From assembly GCA_045616745.1 (NCBI GenBank), contig JAZLHH010000056.1, positions 11,831 to 75,830 of the forward strand: a stretch of 64,000 nucleotides of DNA. Direction: 5' to 3'. Within the stretch, counting starts at the first letter, position 1; each line of letters begins with the position of its first letter. The position numbers were made by a program, and so were the translations under genes. Below, in pieces: positions 11,212 to 20,787 of the stretch. Source of the stretch: Candidatus Limivicinus sp. (GTDB taxonomy: Bacteria > Bacillota > Clostridia > Oscillospirales > Oscillospiraceae). The notes under the pieces are model-generated. The model was not told where the DNA came from, searched no databases, and worked only from the letters and a program-made list of their open reading frames with translations.

Positions 11212-11250
11212 AATGCCTCACCGGTCTGCTGACGATGAGGCATTTTCTTT
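11212..11250 (+). terminator. Rho-independent terminator after tRNA-Leu
   Basis: 9-bp stem AATGCCTCA/TGAGGCATT followed by TTCTTT. Confidence 0.6.
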
Positions 11251-11283
11251 GTAATTGTATGGCAGGAAGTAAAGGAGGTAATT

Positions 11284-12420
11284 ATGGAAGGTCATCAGCT
11301 GCGATCCAGGATGTATCATTTTTGGTATTTTTTAATTGCACCTTTTATAATCAGAATCTTCAATTATAAGTTTGACAAAATGACAGAAATTGAAGGTCCT
11401 TATATTCTCGTTTCCAATCACAATACAGACTTGGACCCGATTTTTCTCAGCATTGCTTCCGGTCATTTGCTATACTTTGTTGCCTCGGAAAAAGTAACCA
11501 GAATGGGTTTGATCGGTTTTCTGATCAGAAGATATTTTAAGCCGATTATCCATTACAAGGGAAAGATGGGCATCAATACGGTGAAGGACATGCTCGCGCA
11601 TCTGAAAGCCGGATACAGAGTTGCCGTTTTTCCGGAAGGAAATCGGTCCTTCAACGGTCTTACCAATGATTTTGTTTCGACGATCGGTAAACTTGCAAAA
11701 AAGAGCGGCGCCGCCCTTGTTACTTTCCGCCTGAACGGTGCATATTTTTCCTCTCCCCGCTGGGGAAGGGGCATCCGCCGCGGAAAGATTTACGGACAGT
11801 GTGTCAATGTTTATCATCCGGAGCAGCTGGCGCAGATGAGCGAAGCAGAAATCAATACTGTCATCAAAAATGATATATCTGAAGATGCTTATGCACTTCA
11901 GGAAACGGAACACCAGGAGTATAAGGGAAGAAATAAGGCAGTTGGTCTGGAAAGCACGCTGTTTGCCTGTCCGAAGTGCAGAAAAATCGGCAGCCTCTAT
12001 TCCCGGAGGGATGAAATTTCCTGCGATTGCGGTTATCATGCAGTATACGACAGTTACGGTTATCTGAACTGCGATGACGGTTCGGTCCATACGATTACCG
12101 AATATGATCTGGAAAACAGGAAGCTGATGCAGGATCTTGCGGTATCTCCTCCAAAGGATATCCTTTTTTCGGATTCTGTTTTTCTGGATGAAATTGATGA
12201 GAACCATAAGATTGTTTCTCATGTCTCCGCTGAACTGAAGGCTTTTACCGATCGAATAGAAGTGAATGATCAGATATTCATGTTTTCGAGCTTAAACGGT
12301 TTAGCGGTTCAGCAAAGAAATACAATGATATTTTATACCGATGACAAACACTATGAAATTAACGGAGACAGTCATTTCAGCGCACTGAAATATCTGTACC
12401 TATATAATGAAAAAATCTGA
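11284..12420 (+). CDS. Lysophospholipid (PlsC-family) acyltransferase with C-terminal Cys-rich extension
   Basis: HxxxxD motif SNHNTDLD and FPEGNRS. The C-terminal half carries CPKCRK...CDCGY (zinc-ribbon-like). A strong SD (AAGGAGG) lies 7 nt upstream of ATG 11284. Confidence 0.75.
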   Translation: MEGHQLRSRMYHFWYFLIAPFIIRIFNYKFDKMTEIEGPYILVSNHNTDLDPIFLSIASGHLLYFVASEKVTRMGLIGFLIRRYFKPIIHYKGKMGINTVKDMLAHLKAGYRVAVFPEGNRSFNGLTNDFVSTIGKLAKKSGAALVTFRLNGAYFSSPRWGRGIRRGKIYGQCVNVYHPEQLAQMSEAEINTVIKNDISEDAYALQETEHQEYKGRNKAVGLESTLFACPKCRKIGSLYSRRDEISCDCGYHAVYDSYGYLNCDDGSVHTITEYDLENRKLMQDLAVSPPKDILFSDSVFLDEIDENHKIVSHVSAELKAFTDRIEVNDQIFMFSSLNGLAVQQRNTMIFYTDDKHYEINGDSHFSALKYLYLYNEKI

Positions 12421-13429
12421 TTTTTATTTTGACTTACCGGAAGAGCTGATTGCGCAGACACCGCTCGAAAAACGGGATAACTCCCGTCTGATGCATCTGA
12501 ATAAATTCACAGGAGAGATTTCACACGATTATTTTTTCAATCTGCCCGAGTATTTGAATCCCGGAGATTGCCTTGTTCTGAATAATTCTCGCGTTTTGCC
12601 TGCGAGACTGATCGGATTCAGACCGACCGGCGGAAGCATTGAACTCGTACTGCTGCGTGACCTTGGTGATAATCGTTGGGAATGCCTTTCCAGACCCGGA
12701 AGAAAAACGAGACCGGGACAGGAGATTCTGTTCGGTAACGGAGAATTAAAGGGTATTGTGGAATCTGTTACTGACGGCGGAAACAGAATTGTTCGTTTTG
12801 AATATGAGGGGATTTTTCTTGAAGTATTGGAAAAGCTCGGAAAGATGCCGCTTCCGCCCTACATTAAGGAAGAACTGCAGGATCCCGAAAGGTACCAGAC
12901 GGTATATTCCAAAGAACTTGGAAGTGCTGCCGCTCCTACAGCCGGTCTGCATTTTACAGATGCACTTTTAGATCAGATCAGAGCAAAGGGCGTAAAGGTT
13001 GTTTTTATCACGCTTCATGTTGGATTAGGAACATTCCGACCGGTCAAGGAAGAAAACATTGAAGATCATCCGATGCATTCGGAGTTTTGTATGATTTCAG
13101 CGGAAGCTGCGGAAGCCGTCAATGAAACCAAGCGAAACGGCGGGAAGATTATTTCCGTAGGCACCACTTCCTGCAGAACCTTGGAAAGCTTTGCCGATGA
13201 GCAAGGTTATCTCCGGGAGTGCAGCGGCTGGACAGATATTTTTATCTATCCCGGTTATCATTTTAAATGCATCGATGCTCTGATTACGAACTTCCATTTG
13301 CCGGAATCTACGCTGATTATGCTGGTTTCCTCTCTGGCTGGCAGAGAAAACATCTTAAACGCATATCAAAACGCCGTTGAAAATCAATACAGATTTTTCT
13401 CCTTCGGAGATGCAATGATAATTATATGA
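12407..13429 (+). CDS. queA: S-adenosylmethionine:tRNA ribosyltransferase-isomerase
   Basis: [25 protein letters not shown]-terminus and the [10 protein letters not shown] motif. Confidence 0.95.
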   Translation: MKKSDFYFDLPEELIAQTPLEKRDNSRLMHLNKFTGEISHDYFFNLPEYLNPGDCLVLNNSRVLPARLIGFRPTGGSIELVLLRDLGDNRWECLSRPGRKTRPGQEILFGNGELKGIVESVTDGGNRIVRFEYEGIFLEVLEKLGKMPLPPYIKEELQDPERYQTVYSKELGSAAAPTAGLHFTDALLDQIRAKGVKVVFITLHVGLGTFRPVKEENIEDHPMHSEFCMISAEAAEAVNETKRNGGKIISVGTTSCRTLESFADEQGYLRECSGWTDIFIYPGYHFKCIDALITNFHLPESTLIMLVSSLAGRENILNAYQNAVENQYRFFSFGDAMIII

Positions 13430-14553
13430 AAATACTGAAACAGGAAGGTAAAGCAAGAAGAGGGGAGTTTAAGACACCTCACGGTACCGTTCAGACGCCG
13501 GTTTTTATGAATGTGGGAACACAGGCAGCGATTAAAGGCGGTCTTTCGGCACAGGATCTGAAAAATATCGGATGTCAGGTGGAACTGAGCAATACCTATC
13601 ATCTGTTCGTGAGACCGGGTGATGAAATTGTAAAGAAGCTCGGTGGCCTGCACAGGTTTATGGCGTGGGACAGCCCGATTCTCACTGACAGCGGAGGCTT
13701 TCAGGTATATTCTCTTGCAAAACTAAATAAAATAACAGAGGAAGGCGTTTCCTTCAATTGCCATATCGACGGTCGGAAACTGTTTATCGGGCCGGAAGAA
13801 AGCATGAGAATACAGAGCAATCTCGGTTCAGACATTGCTATGGCTTTCGATGAATGTATTGAAATTCCTTCTCCGAAGGAGTATGTAAAATCTTCATGCG
13901 AGAGAACATACCGCTGGCTGATTCGATGCAAAAAGGCAAACACCGAGTATAATGCTGCGGAGGACGCAGTCAATCCCGGCCAGATGCTGTTCGGCATCAA
14001 TCAGGGAACGATATTTCATGATATCCGCATTGAACATATGAAGAAAATTGCCGATCTTGAGCTTCCGGGATACGCCATTGGCGGTCTGGCTGTTGGTGAA
14101 ACGCATGAAGAAATGTATGATACCATTTCTGCCGTGGAAGAATACATGCCGAAGGATAAACCAAGATATCTGATGGGGGTTGGCACACCGGGGAATATCA
14201 TTGAATCTGTATACCGGGGTGTTGACTTCTTCGATTGTGTTATGCCTGCCCGAAACGGTCGTCACGGACATCTCTTTACCTGGGATGGTATTATCAACAT
14301 CAAGAATGAGAAATATGCAGCCGATGACAGCCCGATAGATGTTCGTTGTCAATGCCCTGTATGTCAGTCCTATTCCAGAGCGTATATTCGTCATCTCCTG
14401 CAGGCAAAAGAAGCTTTGGGGCTTAGATTCTGCGTGATGCATAATCTTTGGTTTTACAACAATCTGATGAGTCGAATCAGAACCAGTATCGAAGAAGACT
14501 CTTTTGCCGATTTCCGAAAGCAATATGCCTCGATTCTTGACACACGTATTTAA
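13426..14553 (+). CDS. tgt: Queuine tRNA-ribosyltransferase
   Basis: [27 protein letters not shown], and the Zn site CQCPVCQ...H. It overlaps the queA stop by 4 nt. Confidence 0.95.
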   Translation: MKILKQEGKARRGEFKTPHGTVQTPVFMNVGTQAAIKGGLSAQDLKNIGCQVELSNTYHLFVRPGDEIVKKLGGLHRFMAWDSPILTDSGGFQVYSLAKLNKITEEGVSFNCHIDGRKLFIGPEESMRIQSNLGSDIAMAFDECIEIPSPKEYVKSSCERTYRWLIRCKKANTEYNAAEDAVNPGQMLFGINQGTIFHDIRIEHMKKIADLELPGYAIGGLAVGETHEEMYDTISAVEEYMPKDKPRYLMGVGTPGNIIESVYRGVDFFDCVMPARNGRHGHLFTWDGIINIKNEKYAADDSPIDVRCQCPVCQSYSRAYIRHLLQAKEALGLRFCVMHNLWFYNNLMSRIRTSIEEDSFADFRKQYASILDTRI

Positions 14554-14593
14554 TTCTACTATAATCTTTGCAGTTATTTTTGGAGGTTAATCT

Positions 14594-14956
14594 ATGTTTC
14601 CCTTATTTTTAGATGCAGCAGCTGCTGCTCCCGCACAGGCGGCAGGTTCTTTTTCTTCCATTATTCTGATTATTGCCATGTTTGCAATTTTCTATTTTCT
14701 TATTCTCATGCCTGAGAACAAGAAAAAGAAAAAAGCAGAGGAAATGCGCAACAGTCTGAGCAACGGCGATGAAATAACGACAATCGGCGGAATTATCGGA
14801 AAGATTGTCCAGGTTACGGAAGACACCATTACCATTGAAACCGGAGAAGACAGAGTCCGCATTCAGTTCAAGAAATGGGCCGTTTCCACTACCGCTAAGA
14901 TGGAAGCTGAAGAAGCAGCCAGAGCGCAGTCTCGTTTTACAAAGAAAAGCAATTAA
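14594..14956 (+). CDS. yajC: Preprotein translocase subunit YajC
   Basis: A single TM helix followed by MPENKKKKKAEEMRNSLSNGDEITTIGGIIGKIVQV, in the conserved queA-tgt-yajC order. Confidence 0.85.
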   Translation: MFPLFLDAAAAAPAQAAGSFSSIILIIAMFAIFYFLILMPENKKKKKAEEMRNSLSNGDEITTIGGIIGKIVQVTEDTITIETGEDRVRIQFKKWAVSTTAKMEAEEAARAQSRFTKKSN

Positions 14957-14964
14957 AATTTTTT

Positions 14965-14990
14965 GACGCAGGTTTACCTGCGTCTTTTCT
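14965..14990 (+). terminator. Rho-independent terminator after yajC
   Basis: GACGCAGG-TTTA-CCTGCGTC followed by TTTT. Confidence 0.7.
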
Positions 14991-15112
14991 TTTACGCATT
15001 CTTTTGGAAAATATTTTTTAATCAAAATGTAATTTTCTCTTGCTTAATTTACATAATTGTAATATATTGTTGCTACTTAATTATGTTAATGTGTGTCGAG
15101 GGATTGCGTAAA

Positions 15113-16006
15113 GTGTATTCAGACCAGGAAATTCTAAATATATTTGAACGGTATCTGAAAGAAGACAAAAAATCTTCCAGCAATACGCTCAGCTCATATA
15201 TGCGTGATATCAGGCAGTTCAGCGGTTTTTTGCAGGAAAACGGAAAAAGTATCGAAAATGCAGTATCTGCTGATCTGGAAACTTATATTGAACAGCTCCG
15301 TTCCTCGGGAAAGAGTATTTCCACAGTTTCCCGGAGCATTGCAACATTAAAATGTCTGTATTCTTTCCTTACAATTCGCCAGTATGTTGCAAAGAATCCT
15401 TCACTGAAACTGACGCCGGATAAAAATGTTCAGAAGCTTCCGGAAATTCTAACTTCCGAGGAAATTAATCTTCTTCTGTCACAGCCGGAGTGTATCGATG
15501 CCAAAGGTTACAGAGATAAAGCTATGCTGGAATTGCTCTATGCTACCGGAATCAGAGTGACGGAACTGATTGATCTGAATATCAATGATGTAAATATTCC
15601 CGTCGGAATGATCTGCTGCAAGTCAAAAGGCAAAGAACGTTTTATCCCGCTTTATAAAGAAGCAGTGAAAGCTTTGGACAAATATATCAGTCTGGTTCGG
15701 TTACAGATGCTTGCAGATCCTTCGGAAAAAGCATTGTTCGTCAATGTTTCCGGGGAAAGAATGTCAAGGCAGGGTTTCTGGAAGATTATCAAATACTATT
15801 CCAGAAAAGCACAGATCAATAAAGATATAACACCGCATACATTGCGCCATTCCTTCGCAGCTCATTTACTGGAGAATGGGGCTGACATTCATTCTATCCA
15901 GGAAATGTTAGGTCATGCAGATGTTTCTTCTACTCAGATCTATGCAAATCTCATAAAAAAAGAACTGAAAGATGTATATAATAAGGCACATCCCCTGGCA
16001 AACTGA
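15113..16006 (+). CDS. xerD: Tyrosine recombinase XerD-like
   Basis: Catalytic signature RVTELIDL ... HTLRHSFAAHLLENGADIHSIQEMLGHADVSSTQIYA. The ORF-track start 14963 spans the yajC terminator, so I prefer GTG 15113, which has GAGGGA 9 nt upstream and gives ~297 aa. ATG 15083 and 15089 remain possible. Confidence 0.8.
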   Translation: MYSDQEILNIFERYLKEDKKSSSNTLSSYMRDIRQFSGFLQENGKSIENAVSADLETYIEQLRSSGKSISTVSRSIATLKCLYSFLTIRQYVAKNPSLKLTPDKNVQKLPEILTSEEINLLLSQPECIDAKGYRDKAMLELLYATGIRVTELIDLNINDVNIPVGMICCKSKGKERFIPLYKEAVKALDKYISLVRLQMLADPSEKALFVNVSGERMSRQGFWKIIKYYSRKAQINKDITPHTLRHSFAAHLLENGADIHSIQEMLGHADVSSTQIYANLIKKELKDVYNKAHPLAN

Positions 16007-16013
16007 ATTCATT

Positions 16014-16046
16014 GATGCAAGATTAGTTGTCTTGCATCCTTTTTTA
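16014..16046 (+). terminator. Rho-independent terminator after xerD
   Basis: GATGCAAG/CTTGCATC stem followed by CTTTTTT. It is immediately followed by the extended -10-like ATGATAAAAT upstream of ruvC. Confidence 0.7.
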
Positions 16047-16061
16047 TGATAAAATTTATTC

Positions 16062-16574
16062 ATGAAGATTTTGGGAATAGATCCGGGAATTGCAACCATC
16101 GGATTTGCTCTTGTGGATGCTGAAAAAAACAGATTTCGGCTTTTGAACTGTGGTGTTATCGAAACTCCGGCTCATACGAAATTGAGCGAAAGGCTGGATA
16201 CGATTTATTCTGACCTGACCTCGCTGATAGAATCTACTTCACCTGACTGTGTTTCCATAGAGGAGCTGTTCTTTAATACCAACCTTACGACGGGGATTTC
16301 CGTTGCGCATGGCAGGGGAGTAATTCTTCTTGCATGTCACAGAGCCGGTCTGAAGATTTATGAATATACACCGCTTCAGGTCAAACAGTCCGTTGTAGGT
16401 TACGGAAGAGCAGATAAAAAACAGGTCATGGAAATGGTGAAGCGTTTGTGCGGCCTGACCTCTGCCCCGAAGCCGGATGATGCAGCTGACGCCGTGGCTT
16501 TGGCTCTTTGTCATGCGCGGAGCGCAACATCATTGCTCTATAAAGGAGAGAATGAATCATGTTCTACCACTTAG
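16062..16574 (+). CDS. ruvC: Crossover junction endodeoxyribonuclease RuvC
   Basis: ILGIDPGIATIGFALV N-terminus (catalytic Asp), EELFFNTN, and a C-terminal DAADAVALALCH. Confidence 0.9.
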   Translation: MKILGIDPGIATIGFALVDAEKNRFRLLNCGVIETPAHTKLSERLDTIYSDLTSLIESTSPDCVSIEELFFNTNLTTGISVAHGRGVILLACHRAGLKIYEYTPLQVKQSVVGYGRADKKQVMEMVKRLCGLTSAPKPDDAADAVALALCHARSATSLLYKGENESCSTT

Positions 16575-17158
16575 AAGGAAAAATTACGGACTTATCCCCG
16601 GACTGCTGTGTTGTTGACTGCAGCGGTACAGGATATGAAGTTTTCATCACACCAAACACAGCTTCTGCTCTGAAAACAGGGGATATTTCCAAACTCTATG
16701 TTTCAGAAAGTATCGGAGAAGATCACTTTGATCTTTACGGCTTCCTTTCAGAAAAAGAAAAGAAGTTTTATAAACTTCTGATCAGTGTCTCAGGAATCGG
16801 CCCAAAGGCTGCTATGAGTATACTCAGCTATAATTCTCCGGATTCTCTTGCCATGGCGATTATAAACGGCAATGAGAAAGCATTGACTGCATGTCCCGGA
16901 ATCGGCAAGAAGACAGCGCAGAGAGTGATTCTGGAACTCAAGGATAAAATATCCAAGCAGGCTTCTACTTCCGAATTTTCCGGGATACCGGCGTTGGATA
17001 TGGCTTCACCGGTCGGAACGGCATATGATGAAGCATTGACTGCTTTGAGCGTTCTCGGATACAGCACATCGGAAACTGTCCCGATTCTGAAGCAGATATA
17101 CAAAGACGGAATGAAGACGGATGACCTGATTCGTCAGGTACTGAAATATATGATATAA
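16559..17158 (+). CDS. ruvA: Holliday junction DNA helicase RuvA
   Basis: OB-fold N-terminus and two HhH motifs (VSGIGPKAAMSIL, CPGIGKKTAQRVILELK). Confidence 0.9.
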   Translation: MFYHLEGKITDLSPDCCVVDCSGTGYEVFITPNTASALKTGDISKLYVSESIGEDHFDLYGFLSEKEKKFYKLLISVSGIGPKAAMSILSYNSPDSLAMAIINGNEKALTACPGIGKKTAQRVILELKDKISKQASTSEFSGIPALDMASPVGTAYDEALTALSVLGYSTSETVPILKQIYKDGMKTDDLIRQVLKYMI

Positions 17159-17170
17159 GGCATAGACAGA

Positions 17171-18211
17171 ATGAGTATCAGTTTTTCTGACAATAATAAA
17201 GAAGAATTCATCACGTCCGCATCGATGCAGCCGGAAGACTATAACGAGCCCTCGCTTCGCCCCAGATTTCTGGCAGATTATATTGGACAGGAAAAGGCAA
17301 AAGGAAACCTCTCTGTGTTTATGAACGCAGCAAAGATGAGAGGGGAAAGCCTTGATCATGTTCTTTTGTTCGGTCCTCCGGGACTTGGAAAGACGACATT
17401 GGCATCTGTAATAGCCAATGAGATGAATGTCAATATGAGAATTACTTCCGGACCTGCAATTGAAAAGCCCGGTGATCTCGTGGCGCTTCTGACAAATCTT
17501 TCGGAAGGGGATATCCTCTTTGTAGATGAAATTCATCGATTGAACAGAGCATATGAAGAAATCCTGTATCCAGCAATGGAAGATTATGCAATTGATATCA
17601 TTATAGGCAAAGGACCTTCTGCCAACTCCATTCATCTGGATTTGCCGAAGTTTACTCTGATTGGAGCAACTACCCGTTCCGGTCAGCTGACGGCTCCTTT
17701 ACGCGACCGTTTCGGTGTTTCTCTTCGATTGGAACTGTATACCCCGGAGGAACTGAAGCTGATTATCAAGAGGTCTGCTGATATCTTAAATGTCAAAATT
17801 GAAGACAGCGGTGCAGTGGAAATTGCATCCCGCTCCCGCGGAACTCCGAGAATTGCCAACCGGCTTCTGCGGCGCGTCAGAGACTTTGCGCAGGTAACTG
17901 CAGACGGAGTGATTACGAAGGATCTGGCGGATCGAGCTCTCTCTGCAATGGAGGTCGACCGGTTGGGTCTGGATTCTCTTGACAGGAAAATGCTGCGAAG
18001 CATTATTGATTACTACAACGGCGGACCGGTCGGCCTGGATACCTTGGCGGCGACCATCAATGAGGACTCCGTTACTCTGGAAGATGTATATGAGCCGTAT
18101 CTTCTTCAGATCGGTATGATGACCAGAACGCAGAGAGGCAGATGCGTCACGAAGAATGCATACGAACATCTCGGAATTTCCTTTAACGGGCAACAACAGA
18201 TGGAATTGTAA
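17171..18211 (+). CDS. ruvB: Holliday junction DNA helicase RuvB
   Basis: [14 protein letters not shown], Walker [12 protein letters not shown], Walker [10 protein letters not shown], and [16 protein letters not shown]. Confidence 0.97.
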   Translation: MSISFSDNNKEEFITSASMQPEDYNEPSLRPRFLADYIGQEKAKGNLSVFMNAAKMRGESLDHVLLFGPPGLGKTTLASVIANEMNVNMRITSGPAIEKPGDLVALLTNLSEGDILFVDEIHRLNRAYEEILYPAMEDYAIDIIIGKGPSANSIHLDLPKFTLIGATTRSGQLTAPLRDRFGVSLRLELYTPEELKLIIKRSADILNVKIEDSGAVEIASRSRGTPRIANRLLRRVRDFAQVTADGVITKDLADRALSAMEVDRLGLDSLDRKMLRSIIDYYNGGPVGLDTLAATINEDSVTLEDVYEPYLLQIGMMTRTQRGRCVTKNAYEHLGISFNGQQQMEL

Positions 18212-18265
18212 TTTTTCTTGACTTTTTATTAAGTTTGTGATTTATTTTATTCGTATAAGTTTGGT

Positions 18266-18772
18266 ATGACAGAAGAAGAATTAGTCAAAAGATACAGCAA
18301 GAAAGTGTTGATTTTGGCGCGTCAGTTTTTCCTTTTCGGCGGAGACAGCGATGATCTCATTCAGGAAGGAATGCTGGGGCTGATATCTGCCATAAGATCC
18401 TTTGATCGGGAGCAGGATGCAAATTTTTCAACTTATGCGGAAAACTGTATACGCCATAAGTTAATTGATGCTATCAGATCTAAGGGTTATGTCGAGTTTA
18501 TCTCTTCCGAGGATTATCCAACGGACGGTGTTTCTATCAGTCCGGAGGAACAGTTTATAGAAAACGAGAATTATCAGGAATTGTTAATGCAGTTCCGAAA
18601 TAGACTCAGCAAGTTTGAGTATGCTGTTCTTGAGAAGTATCTGGAAGGTTTCTCTTACAGTGACATTGCAGATTGTATGAATAAACCGGTTTCATCAATT
18701 TACAATGCCGTGCAGAGAATCAGGCAAAAATTCTTGCCTGAAAATCACTTGAGCGATATCAGCACAAGCTGA
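18266..18772 (+). CDS. Sigma-70 family sigma factor, SigH-like (168 aa, regions 2 and 4 only)
   Basis: Region 2 DLIQEGMLGLISAIRSFD...FSTYAENCIRHKLIDAIRS. Region 4 LSKFEYAVLEKYLEGFSYSDIADCMNKPVSSIYNAVQRIRQKF resembles Bacillus SigH region 4. Confidence 0.75.
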   Translation: MTEEELVKRYSKKVLILARQFFLFGGDSDDLIQEGMLGLISAIRSFDREQDANFSTYAENCIRHKLIDAIRSKGYVEFISSEDYPTDGVSISPEEQFIENENYQELLMQFRNRLSKFEYAVLEKYLEGFSYSDIADCMNKPVSSIYNAVQRIRQKFLPENHLSDISTS

Positions 18773-18805
18773 CCGCAAATATATTTTATAAAAGGAATAA
18801 CCCCA

Positions 18806-19087
18806 ATGTACGAAGACAAGACCTTAGTTTGCAAAGAGTGTGGTAATGAGTTCGTTTTTACCGCAGGTGAGCAGGAATTCTACGCAGAGCGTGGTTTCCA
18901 GAATGAGCCCCAGCGCTGCAAAGCATGCCGCGACGCTCGCAAGAACGCTGCCCGCGGTCCCCGCGAGTTCTTTACTGCTGTTTGCGCAGCTTGCGGTGGA
19001 GAAGCAAAGGTTCCTTTCGAGCCCAAGTCCGATCGTCCCGTTTACTGCAGCGAATGCTTCGCCAAGATGAGAGAGCAGGAAGCTTAA
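18806..19087 (+). CDS. Small zinc-ribbon protein (CxxC...CxxC plus CxxC-x17-CxxC)
   Basis: MYEDKTLVCKECGNEFVFTAGEQEFYAERGF...RCKACR, then CAACG-x17-CSEC. The two ORF-track ORFs in other frames of the same interval are rejected. Confidence 0.7.
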   Translation: MYEDKTLVCKECGNEFVFTAGEQEFYAERGFQNEPQRCKACRDARKNAARGPREFFTAVCAACGGEAKVPFEPKSDRPVYCSECFAKMREQEA

Positions 19088-19108
19088 TCTGTTTTCTTAT
19101 GATTGTAT

Positions 19109-19134
19109 TGGGACACTTTATCATAAGTGTCCCA
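19109..19134 (+). terminator. Hairpin terminator after the zinc-ribbon gene
   Basis: 10-bp stem TGGGACACTT/AAGTGTCCCA. The downstream tail GTATTATTATG is only moderately T-rich. Confidence 0.5.
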
Positions 19135-19169
19135 GTATTATTATGTAATTCATTTAAAGAGGTATAATT

Positions 19170-19370
19170 ATGGAAATCACAAAGGATACCCTAATTTCTG
19201 AGATTGTTGATAAATGCCCGGATGCTATGCCTGCATTTCAGGCAATCGGAATGCACTGCATGGGATGTGCTCTTGCAAGCGGTGAAACGCTGGAGCAGGC
19301 ATGCGCAGCACACGGTGTGGATGCGGATGAGTTTCTTGTTGAGCTCGAAGCTTATTTAGCAACTCTTTAA
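19170..19370 (+). CDS. DUF1858-like small redox/disulfide-domain protein
   Basis: 66 aa: DTLISEIVDKCPDAMPAFQAIGMHCMGCALASGETLEQAC. I recall this pattern as the hybrid-cluster-protein-associated DUF1858 domain. Confidence 0.7.
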   Translation: MEITKDTLISEIVDKCPDAMPAFQAIGMHCMGCALASGETLEQACAAHGVDADEFLVELEAYLATL

Positions 19371-19417
19371 TTTCAAAGTAAGCCGGACTTGTTCCGGCTT
19401 AAATTATTTATATTGAT

Positions 19418-20038
19418 ATGTCTAAAAGATTAGATTGTATATTGAGCCTGATCAGTCTGCACAGCAAGGGTGTAATTGATGTCGGTACTGATCACGGTTA
19501 TGTTCCTGTTCATCTTGCCTTGAATGATTTTCCAGGGAAGATTATTGCATCGGATATAAATAACGCTCCGCTGAACATGGCAAGACAGAATGCGGTTGTT
19601 CATGACGTTTCCGATGCCATTGATTTTCGGATTTCTGACGGACTGTCTGAATGCCATCCGGATGAAGTGGATACGATCATTATTGCAGGCCTCGGCGGGG
19701 ATATGATATGTGATATCATAGATCGCGCAGAATGGACGATGGATTACGGATACACAATTATTGCCCAGCCGGTAACGAAACCGGAAGTATTACGCTATTG
19801 GCTTGTAAATAACGGCTACAGTATTCTTCAGGATATTTGTGTTACGGATACAGGAATTCCATACAGTATATTGAAAATTCGTTACACGGGCGTGAATTCA
19901 ACTTATTCCGATGCGGAGCTTTTTGTAGGCAAAGCACCTTCTGGAGAATTGACAGATAAAGTATTAAAAAGTCTTGAAAAAAAGCCGGAGTCTTTTTTTT
20001 ATCGGCAGATTATTACGGAGCTCAGGAGTATGAAATGA
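19418..20038 (+). CDS. trmK: tRNA (adenine22-N1)-methyltransferase TrmK-like
   Basis: SKRLDCILSLI...VIDVGTDHGYVPVHL and IIAGLGGDMI, in the conserved trmK-nif3 pairing. Confidence 0.8.
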   Translation: MSKRLDCILSLISLHSKGVIDVGTDHGYVPVHLALNDFPGKIIASDINNAPLNMARQNAVVHDVSDAIDFRISDGLSECHPDEVDTIIIAGLGGDMICDIIDRAEWTMDYGYTIIAQPVTKPEVLRYWLVNNGYSILQDICVTDTGIPYSILKIRYTGVNSTYSDAELFVGKAPSGELTDKVLKSLEKKPESFFYRQIITELRSMK

Positions 20039-20787
20039 CAGTTAAAGAAATATATGATTTTTTAATTGAACTTGCACCTTTGGATTTACAGGAAGACTGG
20101 GATAATTCCGGATTTTTAATAGGGAGCCTTCAGAAAGATGTAACCGGTATTCTGCTGGCATTGGATGTTACTTCTGATGTGATTTCTGAAGCAGCGGAAA
20201 AAAACTGCAATCTGATTATTTCCCACCATCCGATTGTTTTCCATCCGCTGAAGAACATTCGGATCAATGATGATGTAGGAAAGCGAATCATAGCTTTGAC
20301 AAAGAATGATTTATCGGTTATTTCCATGCATACGAATCTGGATAAAACAATGGTAAACGATGTGCTGATTAAAAAATTGGGTGTCTTCACTTACGAAGAA
20401 AACACGGATTTCATGAAAATCGGCTACCTCGAAAATGCAGTGTCTTTATCGGAATACATCGTAAAAACCAAAGAAGCGCTCCATTGCTCCGGAATCAGGT
20501 ATTATAATGCAGGAAGAAAAGTCTATAAAATTGCCTGCCTCGGGGGAGCAGGTGATGATGAACTTCTGAAAGCTTACGAGAATGGCTGTGATACTTATGT
20601 TACTGCCGACATCAGACATCACGTCTGGCTGATGGCTCGGGAACTTGGTATTAATCTTATTGATGCAGATCATTTCAATACAGAAGATCCTGCAATCTAT
20701 GCATTATGCGATGTACTGCAAAAGAAGTTTACCTGTCTTCCAATCTTTGTGGCTTCTTCGGACAATTCGGTAATCTGCTATGGCTAA
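20035..20787 (+). CDS. Nif3-like dinuclear metal centre protein
   Basis: DWDNSGFLIG, ISHHPIVFHP, and C-terminal DADHFNTE. Confidence 0.85.
   Translation: MTVKEIYDFLIELAPLDLQEDWDNSGFLIGSLQKDVTGILLALDVTSDVISEAAEKNCNLIISHHPIVFHPLKNIRINDDVGKRIIALTKNDLSVISMHTNLDKTMVNDVLIKKLGVFTYEENTDFMKIGYLENAVSLSEYIVKTKEALHCSGIRYYNAGRKVYKIACLGGAGDDELLKAYENGCDTYVTADIRHHVWLMARELGINLIDADHFNTEDPAIYALCDVLQKKFTCLPIFVASSDNSVICYG

Noticed and set aside
11169-11369. 66-aa ORF overlapping the tRNA-Leu 3' half and the terminator
   Set aside because: It runs through a tRNA and a terminator hairpin. The real CDS starts at ATG 11284 with AAGGAGG upstream.
11470-12222. 250-aa ORF antisense to the acyltransferase gene
   Set aside because: It has no motifs or SD, and the sense ORF has PlsC motifs and a strong SD.
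14963-15112. 50-codon N-terminal extension of xerD in the ORF track
   Set aside because: The extension contains the yajC terminator hairpin and encodes an implausible F/I/Y-rich peptide. A GTG with an SD at 15113 gives a canonical-length XerD.
19124-19151. dif-like site (TTATGTAATTC resembles the XerD arm TTATGTAAACT of Bacillus dif)
   Set aside because: The would-be XerC arm (TAAGTGTCCCA) does not resemble ACTTCCTAGAA. That half is simply the descending arm of the terminator hairpin after the zinc-ribbon gene.
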